Shown piece by piece: positions 19,696 through 26,837 of a stretch of DNA of 64,000 nt. How positions within the stretch are numbered: the stretch's first letter is position 1; the number at the start of each line of letters is the position of its first letter. The notes beneath the pieces were generated by a model. That model saw only the letters and a program-made list of their open reading frames with translations. It made no database searches and had not been told where the DNA came from. Both the position numbers and the translations under genes were made by a program. This stretch comes from Myxococcota bacterium (GTDB taxonomy: Bacteria; Myxococcota; XYA12-FULL-58-9): assembly GCA_036736205.1 (NCBI GenBank), contig DAINMX010000002.1, positions 6,001-70,000 of the forward strand. The letters are read 5' to 3'.

Positions 19696-21018
19696 TCAGG
19701 AGTGCTCTTCGAGACTCGCCAGAATGGCCGCGGCACCGGGGTGATCCGGTGCTACCTCCAAAAGGCGCTCTATGGTTTCCTCGGTACGCCGGCGCGCAGC
19801 ACGGCGTTCGTCTTCGGTGGGTGCGCCCAAGGCCAATTGAGCTTCAATCGAAGCGAGCTCGAGGAGGAGAGGGACGCTCTGGCCGGAGATGGCAACGCCT
19901 GCCTCGGCGGCCCTCCGTGCCGCGGTGGCGCGTCCCAGGCGTCGTTCGCTACGCGCCAACAACAGGTAGTGCTCTGCCACGGCAGGTTCGAGTCGAGTGA
20001 GATCCACGTACGTATCCCGGGCAGTCTGGAAATCCTGGGTCTGGGTGGATGTCGAAGCAAGCACACGTGCCACGTCGACGTCAAATGGATCACGTCGATG
20101 TGCCTCACCCAGAGCGGCGGCCGCTTCGTTGGCCCTCTCGCCCGCATGCCTTGCCATACCAAGAATTCGCCATGGTTCGGGATCGAGAGGACTCAGCTCG
20201 GCAGCCACTTCGAGTCGATTGACCGCCTCGGTCTCGAGTCCACGGTGCAATGCCACCAGCGCTGCAACTTTGAGCACCCGCGGGTGTGGTACCTCCTCCA
20301 CCAAGGCTTGCGCACGTACCAGGGCCGTCGTTTCGGGGGTCCCCTTTTCCAATCCAACCAAAATGTCTTGGAGCGTGCGCTCAACGCCTGGGTTGAGCTT
20401 TGGCTCTGCACCGTCGATGGCCGTGCCCAGAATCCGGCGAGCCTTGTTGATCTCTTCAGGCGTCACATCGAGCGCGAGAACACCACGCAGCACCGCAACG
20501 GCCTCAGCGTACTCTTCGCCATCAACCAAGACCCGCGCCATAGCCAGTCTCACGTCTACTCGCGCGGGTGCGAGTCCCGCCGCCCTTTCCAGATATGACA
20601 GTGCGTCGACATTGCCAGCGTTGAGGGCAACCAGCCCACGACGGTATTCAATCTCAGCGTGATACGCCGGGGGAGACAGTTCCAGAGCGCGCGCCAGAGC
20701 AATGTCAGCATCGCGGGAGCGGCCTGCCACAGCAGCGCGCATCCCCTCGATATACAGAACGACGGGCTCCGACACTTTGCATCTCGAGACCTTTGCCGCC
20801 GGATCACCGACACCGCCGAGTTGGTGCCAGATCTCGACGAACTCTGTTGCCACCCTCACATCACGGGGGTTCTCGCACACAGCTTCGGCAAAAGCCTCGT
20901 AGGCCTCAACTGCCCGCCCTTCACGGGCGAGAACCTCTCCACGCTCGATGGCACTTGACGGCAACAAATGGCCGCATGCCGAAATGGCCAGCAAACCCAT
21001 CCAAGATAGATACCGCAT
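19696..21018 (-). CDS. TPR-repeat lipoprotein
   Basis: Lipobox-like N-terminus MRYLSWMGLLAISACG. Multiple TPR-like helical repeats follow (YEAFAEAV, ALARALELSPPAYHAEIEYRRG, LAMARV, ...). 440 aa. Confidence 0.75.
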   Translation of the reverse strand: MRYLSWMGLLAISACGHLLPSSAIERGEVLAREGRAVEAYEAFAEAVCENPRDVRVATEFVEIWHQLGGVGDPAAKVSRCKVSEPVVLYIEGMRAAVAGRSRDADIALARALELSPPAYHAEIEYRRGLVALNAGNVDALSYLERAAGLAPARVDVRLAMARVLVDGEEYAEAVAVLRGVLALDVTPEEINKARRILGTAIDGAEPKLNPGVERTLQDILVGLEKGTPETTALVRAQALVEEVPHPRVLKVAALVALHRGLETEAVNRLEVAAELSPLDPEPWRILGMARHAGERANEAAAALGEAHRRDPFDVDVARVLASTSTQTQDFQTARDTYVDLTRLEPAVAEHYLLLARSERRLGRATAARRAAEAGVAISGQSVPLLLELASIEAQLALGAPTEDERRAARRRTEETIERLLEVAPDHPGAAAILASLEEHS

Positions 21019-21020
21019 CG

Positions 21021-21332
21021 TCAGTAACTAGCAGCTCCCCTGCGCCTTGACCATCCGCTGAAAACACGGACGGAGACCAAGAAGCCTTCGGCCACGAAAC
21101 CTCCCGCTGGGGGCACCGGCCAGCGCGTATGGGTCTGGCTGAATCCAGGACCCGTGTTCAGATATACCTTCCAATAGTCGCCGCCAACGTCTCTCCAGAC
21201 CGTTTCGATGTGCGAGAAATCACCCGTCTGGACCAAATCGCGGAGATCATCGCCGTTGATATCCATGGTGCGCCAAAATTCGGCATTCAGCGACCACCCT
21301 ACGGCAAAGACGGCAAAGAAGCCTTCGGCCAC
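21021..21332 (-). CDS. Short ORF (103 aa) carrying FG-GAP-type repeat motifs; possible remnant of a larger integrin-like protein
   Basis: MDINGDDLRDLVQTGD...DYWKVYLNTGPGF matches FG-GAP repeat signatures also present in the 32228-37084 protein. There is no signal peptide and the sequence has no defined N-terminal domain. Confidence 0.35.
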   Translation of the reverse strand: MAEGFFAVFAVGWSLNAEFWRTMDINGDDLRDLVQTGDFSHIETVWRDVGGDYWKVYLNTGPGFSQTHTRWPVPPAGGFVAEGFLVSVRVFSGWSRRRGAASY

Positions 21333-21347
21333 TGTGGCTTCATGCTT

Positions 21348-21686
21348 TCACTTCTGGGGAACGGCCATCAGTTTTAACTTCCGTTCTTCCAAGGCAGCGA
21401 TCTGCGACTTGAGGCACTTCAACTCGCGATTGATCTTGGTCAGCTCTGCCTTCGTTTGCCTCTGTTGCAGGTAGTCGGCCCCGTGCTTGGCGTGGACCAG
21501 CGCCTCAACCTCCCGCCGCAGCAATCGCAGCCATGGATTCCCGTAGATTGAGTGCTCCCGGTATCGTAGCTTGCCGGCCCGGATTGCTTCGACGATCTCG
21601 TCTTGCGTCAGCCCAAACTCCTTGCGCGCCGTCTTGTCGCTGAGAGTGGCACCCTTGCAGTTCCAATCGGTTTCCACGTCGTTCAT
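21348..21686 (-). CDS. Hypothetical protein (112 aa) with C-terminal coiled-coil-like region
   Basis: ORF with a plausible protein-like composition (…TKINRELKCLKSQIAALEERKLKL). No domain recognised. Confidence 0.4.
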   Translation of the reverse strand: MNDVETDWNCKGATLSDKTARKEFGLTQDEIVEAIRAGKLRYREHSIYGNPWLRLLRREVEALVHAKHGADYLQQRQTKAELTKINRELKCLKSQIAALEERKLKLMAVPQK

Positions 21687-21783
21687 TGGTTCGATCCTGT
21701 GCAGGTCAGCATCCCGAGAGGATCAGGTTGAAGCCCAACGCGATCTCCTTGCCCTCCTCGGGGTTCAAGGTAGTCCTCGTATC

Positions 21784-22911
21784 TCATGGCTGCTCCGCGG
21801 TTACGCCGACCTGGCCACCGCCCCCTTCAAGGCCCGTCATGGCTGCCTCGAGCTCGGCCACGAGCCGCGGATCACCCGTGAATCCACCGATACCTTTGGG
21901 CAGCTGCTTGACCCGTTTGGAGTAGCCCTTCTTGAACGACACTCCTTCGCCGTTGTCCATCAGCCCCAGCTCGACCAGAAAATCAATGAAGCATGGAAAG
22001 CCCAGGCCGGCCGCTGCGGCGCGATAGGGCCCTGGGCAAAACATGTCGAGCTGCCCGGCCAGAAAACGGTCAGCACTCTCGGGTGAGATCAATGCGGCAA
22101 AAGGCGACGGACCCTGGTTGTCTAACGAGTCTTGCCGATGCTTGCGAGCTTTGGGCCCTCCTGCCTTGTTCTTCTCATCGTGGCGATCACACACGAAGAG
22201 ACAAAGCTCGAACCGCGCCAATTCTGCGCGCAATCGTGGCCAAGAGCGACGTTCCCAGAGCCACATCGAGAACTGCACGGTCAGCAGGAAGACTCGTTGT
22301 ACCCATTTCGCCACGTCACCGCCAATCACGAACTCGTGGCGCTTCCATATAGGTTGCAGTCGGCCGGTGCGGATCTCGATGTAGTCCTGCCACCAGGGGA
22401 AACCGTCTCTGAGCCTGTAGGCTTTGGTCGCAGCCAAGAACGCGGCATCGTCCTGCGCCAAGCTCGGGTTTCCTTTCACGTGTTTTTCGATCTCCAACCC
22501 GAGCGCAATGTCGGCAAGCTCCGCCTTGCCGTAGGGCATGATGTTGTTGTCCTTCTTGATGGCCGGCCACGCAGCGTTGATGGCGTCGACGAGCTCGTCC
22601 AGGTGATCGTAGAACATGACCCGATGCACGATGCGGAAGAACTCGTCGATGCCTTTGGCCGCGCTTTTTGCGAGCGCCATGAGCGGAGCTCGGAGCTCAG
22701 TCCCGGTCAGGAGAGCATTTTCGACCCGCCACGAGTCAAACCAATGGGCCTCGGCTTGGAACGCATCCGGATGGCGCTGCTCGACCAGATCAATCACAGC
22801 GCCGAAATCCGACACGCGGCCATAGTGTTGCAGCGAGCACAGACTCTCGACGAGATCGAATGCGACACCGCCGTCGAGTTCGGGCTCCGACTCAATCGCA
22901 CCTTTCGCCAA
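21784..22911 (-). CDS. Hypothetical protein (375 aa as called from a TTG); a protein-like in-frame region continues upstream to a stop, and a SEC-C motif lies upstream in another frame (possible frameshifted gene)
   Basis: Upstream in-frame sequence ANFDGSHEAIKAKVERPKKDPEGERWESFWKRYEKASLDEKLW is protein-like and has no ATG. It abuts the SEC-C ORF (MKIGRNEPCPCNSGKKYKKCCW) in the +1 frame. Confidence 0.5.
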   Translation of the reverse strand: MAKGAIESEPELDGGVAFDLVESLCSLQHYGRVSDFGAVIDLVEQRHPDAFQAEAHWFDSWRVENALLTGTELRAPLMALAKSAAKGIDEFFRIVHRVMFYDHLDELVDAINAAWPAIKKDNNIMPYGKAELADIALGLEIEKHVKGNPSLAQDDAAFLAATKAYRLRDGFPWWQDYIEIRTGRLQPIWKRHEFVIGGDVAKWVQRVFLLTVQFSMWLWERRSWPRLRAELARFELCLFVCDRHDEKNKAGGPKARKHRQDSLDNQGPSPFAALISPESADRFLAGQLDMFCPGPYRAAAAGLGFPCFIDFLVELGLMDNGEGVSFKKGYSKRVKQLPKGIGGFTGDPRLVAELEAAMTGLEGGGGQVGVTAEQP

Positions 22912-23104
22912 CCACAGCTTCTCATCCAGTGAGGCCTTCTCGTAGCGCTTCCAGAAGGATTCCCAACGCTCGCCTTCGGGATCCTTCTTGGGACGTTCGA
23001 CCTTCGCCTTAATAGCCTCGTGTGATCCGTCAAAGTTGGCTCATCGAAGCTTGGTTCCAATTGTCGGTGTGACGCCCGCGCTGCATCAGCCGCGGCATCC
23101 TTGG

Positions 23105-23171
23105 TCCAGCAGCACTTCTTGTATTTCTTTCCGGAGTTACACGGACACGGCTCATTCCGCCCAATTTTCAT
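23105..23171 (-). other. SEC-C motif coding segment (MKIGRNEPCPCNSGKKYKKCCW) at the 5' end of ORF 22794-23237; the remainder of that ORF is Arg-rich and not protein-like
   Basis: Seen on reverse-complement translation. The motif is canonical SEC-C (C-x-C-x-S-G-K-K-Y-K-x-C-C). It is probably the N-terminus of a frameshifted version of the 21784-22911 gene. Confidence 0.35.
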
Positions 23172-24151
23172 TTGCCCACTCCGCTTTGGTGGTCTGATGC
23201 CCAATGGCACTTCTTGTATTTCTTGCCGCTGCCGCACCAGCAGCGCTCATTGCGCCCGAGCCTTCTCGAGGGCACGCCATACCCTCGGTTCGGACTGAGA
23301 CTGGGTGACGCCGTCGAAAGCAACGGCATGGAGCTACGCATGTCCACCACAGGTGTGCCGCGACCTTTTGGGGCGTCGAGTTTTGGTGGCTGGGTTGGGT
23401 TGGGCGCTACTCGTCGTTGTCTGAGGCTATCGAAGTATTCATGCAGAACGTGTCGATAGCGCCCGGCAAGCTCCAGCGCTTGTCCGTACTTCTGCTGATG
23501 GCTCGGGGTCAGTCTCCCGCCCAGCTTCTGAATGGCGGCCTGCATCTCAATGACCGCGTGGTTGGCAAATGGGCTGCCGTTGTCCACGATTTCGAAAGCA
23601 TCAAGCCGACGCGCAAGACATTCGAGCCCGCGGGGATCGCCGTAGTCCGCGAGCCAACCGGCGGCCCTGTCCGGGTTCTTCTCCAGCTCCCTCAGCAAGA
23701 TTTGAAAAAGTCCTTCGTCACGAACCCCGAGACATGGCAGGACGGCACAAAGGCTATGTCGAAGCTCGTCATCATCGGTGGCCTGGTACGCGAGGAGCGC
23801 CGGTTCAAAGGCCACCTGGCCCATGCGTTTCATGGCTTCAATGGTTCGGTCGTGAATCCAGGAAATGCCCTCCGTCCTCTTCAAGATCTCCAGCATTGGA
23901 GCGACGGCATCGGCAGCTTGAAGATCGGCAAGAAGCCCAACCGCGTGGACTTTGGCGGTACCTGCGTCAACGTCATCTATTCGCGACGATGGCGCCTCCT
24001 TCAGAAGCGCCAACAAAGGTTGGGCCACCGCCTGCCCATGACTGAGGATGCGTTTGCGCGTCTCTTCGGGGAGTCTGTCGCCAGACCGAGCCAGTATCTC
24101 ATGGAGCGATTGAACGGAAAATGGGGGCGTGGTCACGGTGGTTTCCCTCAA
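23168..24151 (-). CDS. HEAT/DUF1186-like helical-repeat protein with C-terminal SEC-C zinc-binding motif
   Basis: 327 aa. The C-terminus is RNERCWCGSGKKYKKCHW (SEC-C). The body is a leucine-rich alpha-helical repeat region (LLALLKEAPSS...VHAVGLLADL...). Confidence 0.7.
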   Translation of the reverse strand: MRETTVTTPPFSVQSLHEILARSGDRLPEETRKRILSHGQAVAQPLLALLKEAPSSRIDDVDAGTAKVHAVGLLADLQAADAVAPMLEILKRTEGISWIHDRTIEAMKRMGQVAFEPALLAYQATDDDELRHSLCAVLPCLGVRDEGLFQILLRELEKNPDRAAGWLADYGDPRGLECLARRLDAFEIVDNGSPFANHAVIEMQAAIQKLGGRLTPSHQQKYGQALELAGRYRHVLHEYFDSLRQRRVAPNPTQPPKLDAPKGRGTPVVDMRSSMPLLSTASPSLSPNRGYGVPSRRLGRNERCWCGSGKKYKKCHWASDHQSGVGK

Positions 24152-24432
24152 TTCAACCCCAACGCCATAGCCGCCGCCTTGACCTCACCGTAAAAGATCG
24201 GGTCCACGTACTCCATGACGTCGGCATTCACGTCCAAGAAGTTCCGCTTGTTCTCGATGGAGATGAGCGCCCGCTTGGTGCCCGGGCTGTAGGTGACATG
24301 AACACCATGGCTCCACCGGCCCCGGAGTTTACATTTATGTTTTGTATCATACATTCCGTCCAGCACGGCCCCGCAACTCTCTTCCAGCCAGCGCGTATGG
24401 GTCTCAGGTCCAAGTAGTGACTGTTCACCCAT
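24148..24432 (-). CDS. Hypothetical small protein (94 aa); may be the 3' part of a frameshifted gene whose 5' part is the SH3b-like ORF 24228-24539
   Basis: Protein-like composition (HGVHVTYSPGTKRALISIENKRNFLDVNADVMEYVDPIFYGEVKAAAMALG). ATGA overlap with the downstream gene. The overlapping alternative-frame ORF encodes an SH3b-like segment (WVGQYSWWKVYTIDGKSGWVNSHYLDL). Confidence 0.3.
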   Translation of the reverse strand: MGEQSLLGPETHTRWLEESCGAVLDGMYDTKHKCKLRGRWSHGVHVTYSPGTKRALISIENKRNFLDVNADVMEYVDPIFYGEVKAAAMALGLN

Positions 24433-24538
24433 CCCGACTTTCCATCAATGGTGTAAACTTTCCACCAGGAATACTGGCCAACCCATTGGCGCTCACCGCG
24501 ATGTTCGACACAAACCGCATTTCGCGGCAGAGTCGACA

Positions 24539-24640
24539 AGCGCGCACAGATACCGCGTGATCTCTTGGGCCGGCAAGCATCTCACTACTGTCCGGTCCTG
24601 AGCGCGCGCAGATACCGCGTGATCTCTTGGGCCGGCAAGC
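24539..24640. repeat. Two copies of a 40-nt direct repeat (39/40 identical) spaced 62 nt apart; one copy encodes the penultimate residues of gene 24585-25223, the other lies just past its stop
   Basis: agcgcgcAcagataccgcgtgatctcttgggccggcaagc at 24539-24578 and agcgcgcGcagataccgcgtgatctcttgggccggcaagc at 24601-24640, read directly. Confidence 0.85.
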
Positions 24641-25223
24641 CAGTGTCACTTTGCAGGACTTCTACAACGGTATTCTCGTCCTTGGAGGCTAGCATGTTCA
24701 GGACATAGTCACGCCGTTTGTCCAGAAGATGGTTCGCGAAACGCCGCGGGCTCCCGGACAACAATCCACGCAGCAAAAAGGCGAGATTGTTGAGGATGAA
24801 CCCGGGTGTGATGAAAAGAGAGATGAGCCCCCACCAACCAAGGCAAAGGGTGTGCCGAGTCATTTTCACGAAGGCTTTGGCGCTACAGGATCGGCAGGAG
24901 AATACCGACAGCTCGCGCATGAGCATGACTACGACAAGCCCAGTGAGTTGGAGGTAACGCACGGGCGCGGTGGGCTTCGACGCACCACATATTGGGCATT
25001 GCGATGGCGGGATGGCCTCACGACCCTTGAACGGGCGGATGACGCGCACCGCGATTGCAATGATCGCAATCAGCCCTGTAAACGGGAAGAACAGCCAAAG
25101 AATGTCGCGGTGCTCCGGGACTGCAATGAAGCCGGCAATCCAGGCTCCAAGGACACCATACGAGAGCGTTGTCCCAGCAAGCCCGGCGGGTTGGTTGAAG
25201 TGGTCTTTGATGGGGTTTGACAT
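24585..25223 (-). CDS. Integral membrane protein (about 4 TM) with an internal CxxC...CxxC zinc-ribbon-like motif; hypothetical
   Basis: Start set at MSNPIKDHF (25223). Hydrophobic segments: LGAWIAGFIAV, LWLFFPFTGLIAIIAIAV, LTGLVVVMLM, LGWWGLISLFITPGFILNNLAFLL. Cys pairs: QCPICGAS and SCRSCSA. It lies 18 nt downstream of the nucleotidyltransferase gene. Confidence 0.6.
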   Translation of the reverse strand: MSNPIKDHFNQPAGLAGTTLSYGVLGAWIAGFIAVPEHRDILWLFFPFTGLIAIIAIAVRVIRPFKGREAIPPSQCPICGASKPTAPVRYLQLTGLVVVMLMRELSVFSCRSCSAKAFVKMTRHTLCLGWWGLISLFITPGFILNNLAFLLRGLLSGSPRRFANHLLDKRRDYVLNMLASKDENTVVEVLQSDTGLPAQEITRYLRALRTGQ

Positions 25224-25283
25224 GCAGCTATCGCCTCCATGGCTCCATGGCTCCATGCATCGCAACTGGATCCATTTGCCGTC

Positions 25284-25772
25284 CTACTTCCGAAGCTCAT
25301 CCCGAAGTGCCAGGAGCACCGGCACAAGAAGTTGATCCTTGGCGCGTCCAGTCCCTGACTTGATCTCGATCAGGGTATCGAGGTCGAGCACCCGGAGGCG
25401 CATGGAACCATCTTCAAAGACGGTGGTATGCGGCGCGAGTTCATCGAAACCACGGCCATCATGGAGCCGGCAGAGCGGATCAATGGGTCCGAGGACAGTT
25501 GAAAGGTTGAGCTGGCCCCCGCCGGCAAGATGGTCCTTTGCCGGGCGCAGCCGCCGCTCTCCAGGCTCACGAAAATAGGCGTCGAGCCGTTCCAGCACTG
25601 CAAGCAACCGGTCAATGTTCTCTGGCGTACGCCGGTGAACGATATCAAGATCTTGTGTAGCCGTAGGTGCGCCGTGCAATATGGCAGCAGCCCCGCCTAC
25701 GACGATGAACTCCACGCCCGCATCCACAAGAGAGTGGAGAAGGGTGTCGAGATCTGCCTCACTCGGGTGCAT
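25284..25772 (-). CDS. Minimal nucleotidyltransferase-fold protein (pol-beta superfamily; LnuA/MNT/AbiEii-like size class)
   Basis: 162 aa. The hG[GS]-x9-13-DhD signature is VEFIVVGGAAAILHGAPTATQDLDIV. Additional acidic residues lie downstream. Its start overlaps the stop of the small upstream ORF. Confidence 0.65.
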   Translation of the reverse strand: MHPSEADLDTLLHSLVDAGVEFIVVGGAAAILHGAPTATQDLDIVHRRTPENIDRLLAVLERLDAYFREPGERRLRPAKDHLAGGGQLNLSTVLGPIDPLCRLHDGRGFDELAPHTTVFEDGSMRLRVLDLDTLIEIKSGTGRAKDQLLVPVLLALRDELRK

Positions 25773-26001
25773 GACGATGGAACTTGCTCAAGGCCTTTTG
25801 TGCGCGCGTTGCGACTCGCAAGCGCTCCCGCGGCGATCGCCGAAGACTAAGCTGCAGCAGCGTACGATCAACCTCGGACGCAGCTCTCCTGAACTGCTCC
25901 AGGCTCGCCGATTGGGGTTGTGCGGGTTTTGGCGGAGGATGATCCATCTGACTACGATATCGTAACACGCCGATGAAAGGGAAGTGTTCGTTCCACGTCA
26001 T
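25759..26001 (-). CDS. Small ORF (80 aa) overlapping the nucleotidyltransferase start; candidate partner (antitoxin-like) protein
   Basis: ORF ends at 25759 and overlaps the NTase start at 25772 by 14 nt. The sequence (MTWNEHFPFIGVLRYRSQ...RERLRVATRAQKALSKF) has no recognisable domain. High GC makes a spurious ORF possible. Confidence 0.3.
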   Translation of the reverse strand: MTWNEHFPFIGVLRYRSQMDHPPPKPAQPQSASLEQFRRAASEVDRTLLQLSLRRSPRERLRVATRAQKALSKFHRHAPE

Positions 26002-26120
26002 CCCGCGGATCTCCTCGTTGTCGACGTAGACAACGGACTCTTCTTCGCTGGCGATAATCGCCAGGTTAGTCTCGACTTCATGGCAACATGAACTTAAAGA
26101 TGTGCTAGGCTGAGTGGGTC

Positions 26121-26822
26121 ATGGATGAGTTGTCCGCCGCATTGTTGCTGACCGCTGTCGGGGTTGCCGTCACCCATACGCTTCTGGGGCCTGATCACTA
26201 CCTCCCATTTATCATGTTGGCCCGAGCCAGGCACTGGAGTTGGGCCAGGACGCTCCTCGTGACCGCTGCATGTGGTCTAGGACACGTGCTCGCTTCTGTT
26301 GCCCTCGGAGGCGTCGGTCTCGCCATCGGCGCGGGCATTGGCAGCATCGAAGCGACAGAGCTCGGACGCGGGGACTGGGCCGCATGGCTGCTCATCGCCT
26401 TTGGCGTCGCCTACGGCGTTTGGGGTGTTCGACGCGCCCTGAAAGAACGCGGTCTCGAACCCCACCCCCATGGGGGACACGTCCACGTACACACCCACGG
26501 CGCGGCCACACATCAACATGGCGAGGAACTGCCGGGCTCGAGCGTGACCTTCTGGACACTGATGATCGCTTTCGTCCTTGGGCCTTGCGAACCGCTCATC
26601 CCCCTGTTCTTGGTGCCGGCGAGTCGCGGACGCTGGGACGTGGCCATCGTCACGGCGGTCGTCTTCTCCGTGGTCACCATCGCCACCATGCTCGCGGCCA
26701 CCGCTTTTGCCCTAGCCGGTCTCAAGAAACTCCCCCTCGGACCACTCGAGCGCTGGGCACACACCATGGCAGGCGGCGTGGTTGCCGCGAGTGGTCTGGC
26801 TATCATCACCTTGGGTTTGTGA
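26121..26822 (+). CDS. Membrane transporter-like protein with central His-rich loop (NicO-clan Ni/Co transporter, UreH/RcnA/HupE-UreJ-like)
   Basis: 233 aa with about 6 TM. The N-terminal TM carries H-x3-GPDH (VTHTLLGPDHYLPFIML). A cytoplasmic loop reads HPHGGHVHVHTHGAATHQHGEE. The two halves are internally symmetric. Confidence 0.55.
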   Translation: MDELSAALLLTAVGVAVTHTLLGPDHYLPFIMLARARHWSWARTLLVTAACGLGHVLASVALGGVGLAIGAGIGSIEATELGRGDWAAWLLIAFGVAYGVWGVRRALKERGLEPHPHGGHVHVHTHGAATHQHGEELPGSSVTFWTLMIAFVLGPCEPLIPLFLVPASRGRWDVAIVTAVVFSVVTIATMLAATAFALAGLKKLPLGPLERWAHTMAGGVVAASGLAIITLGL

Positions 26823-26837
26823 GCCAATCGAAACCAG

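Noticed and set aside
25237-25260. 8-bp unit CTCCATGG repeated about 3 times upstream of the membrane-protein gene
   Set aside because: Too short to classify, and it overlaps an NcoI-like palindrome. It lies in the 5' leader between the NTase and membrane-protein genes and is noted only as a low-complexity region.
25284-25772. Calling the 162-aa nucleotidyltransferase a CBASS CD-NTase or an antibiotic (lincosamide/aminoglycoside) nucleotidyltransferase
   Set aside because: The size and GG..DxD spacing fit minimal pol-beta NTases generally. It is far shorter than CD-NTases, and there are no family-specific residues I can verify by eye. It is left as a generic NTase pending profile search.
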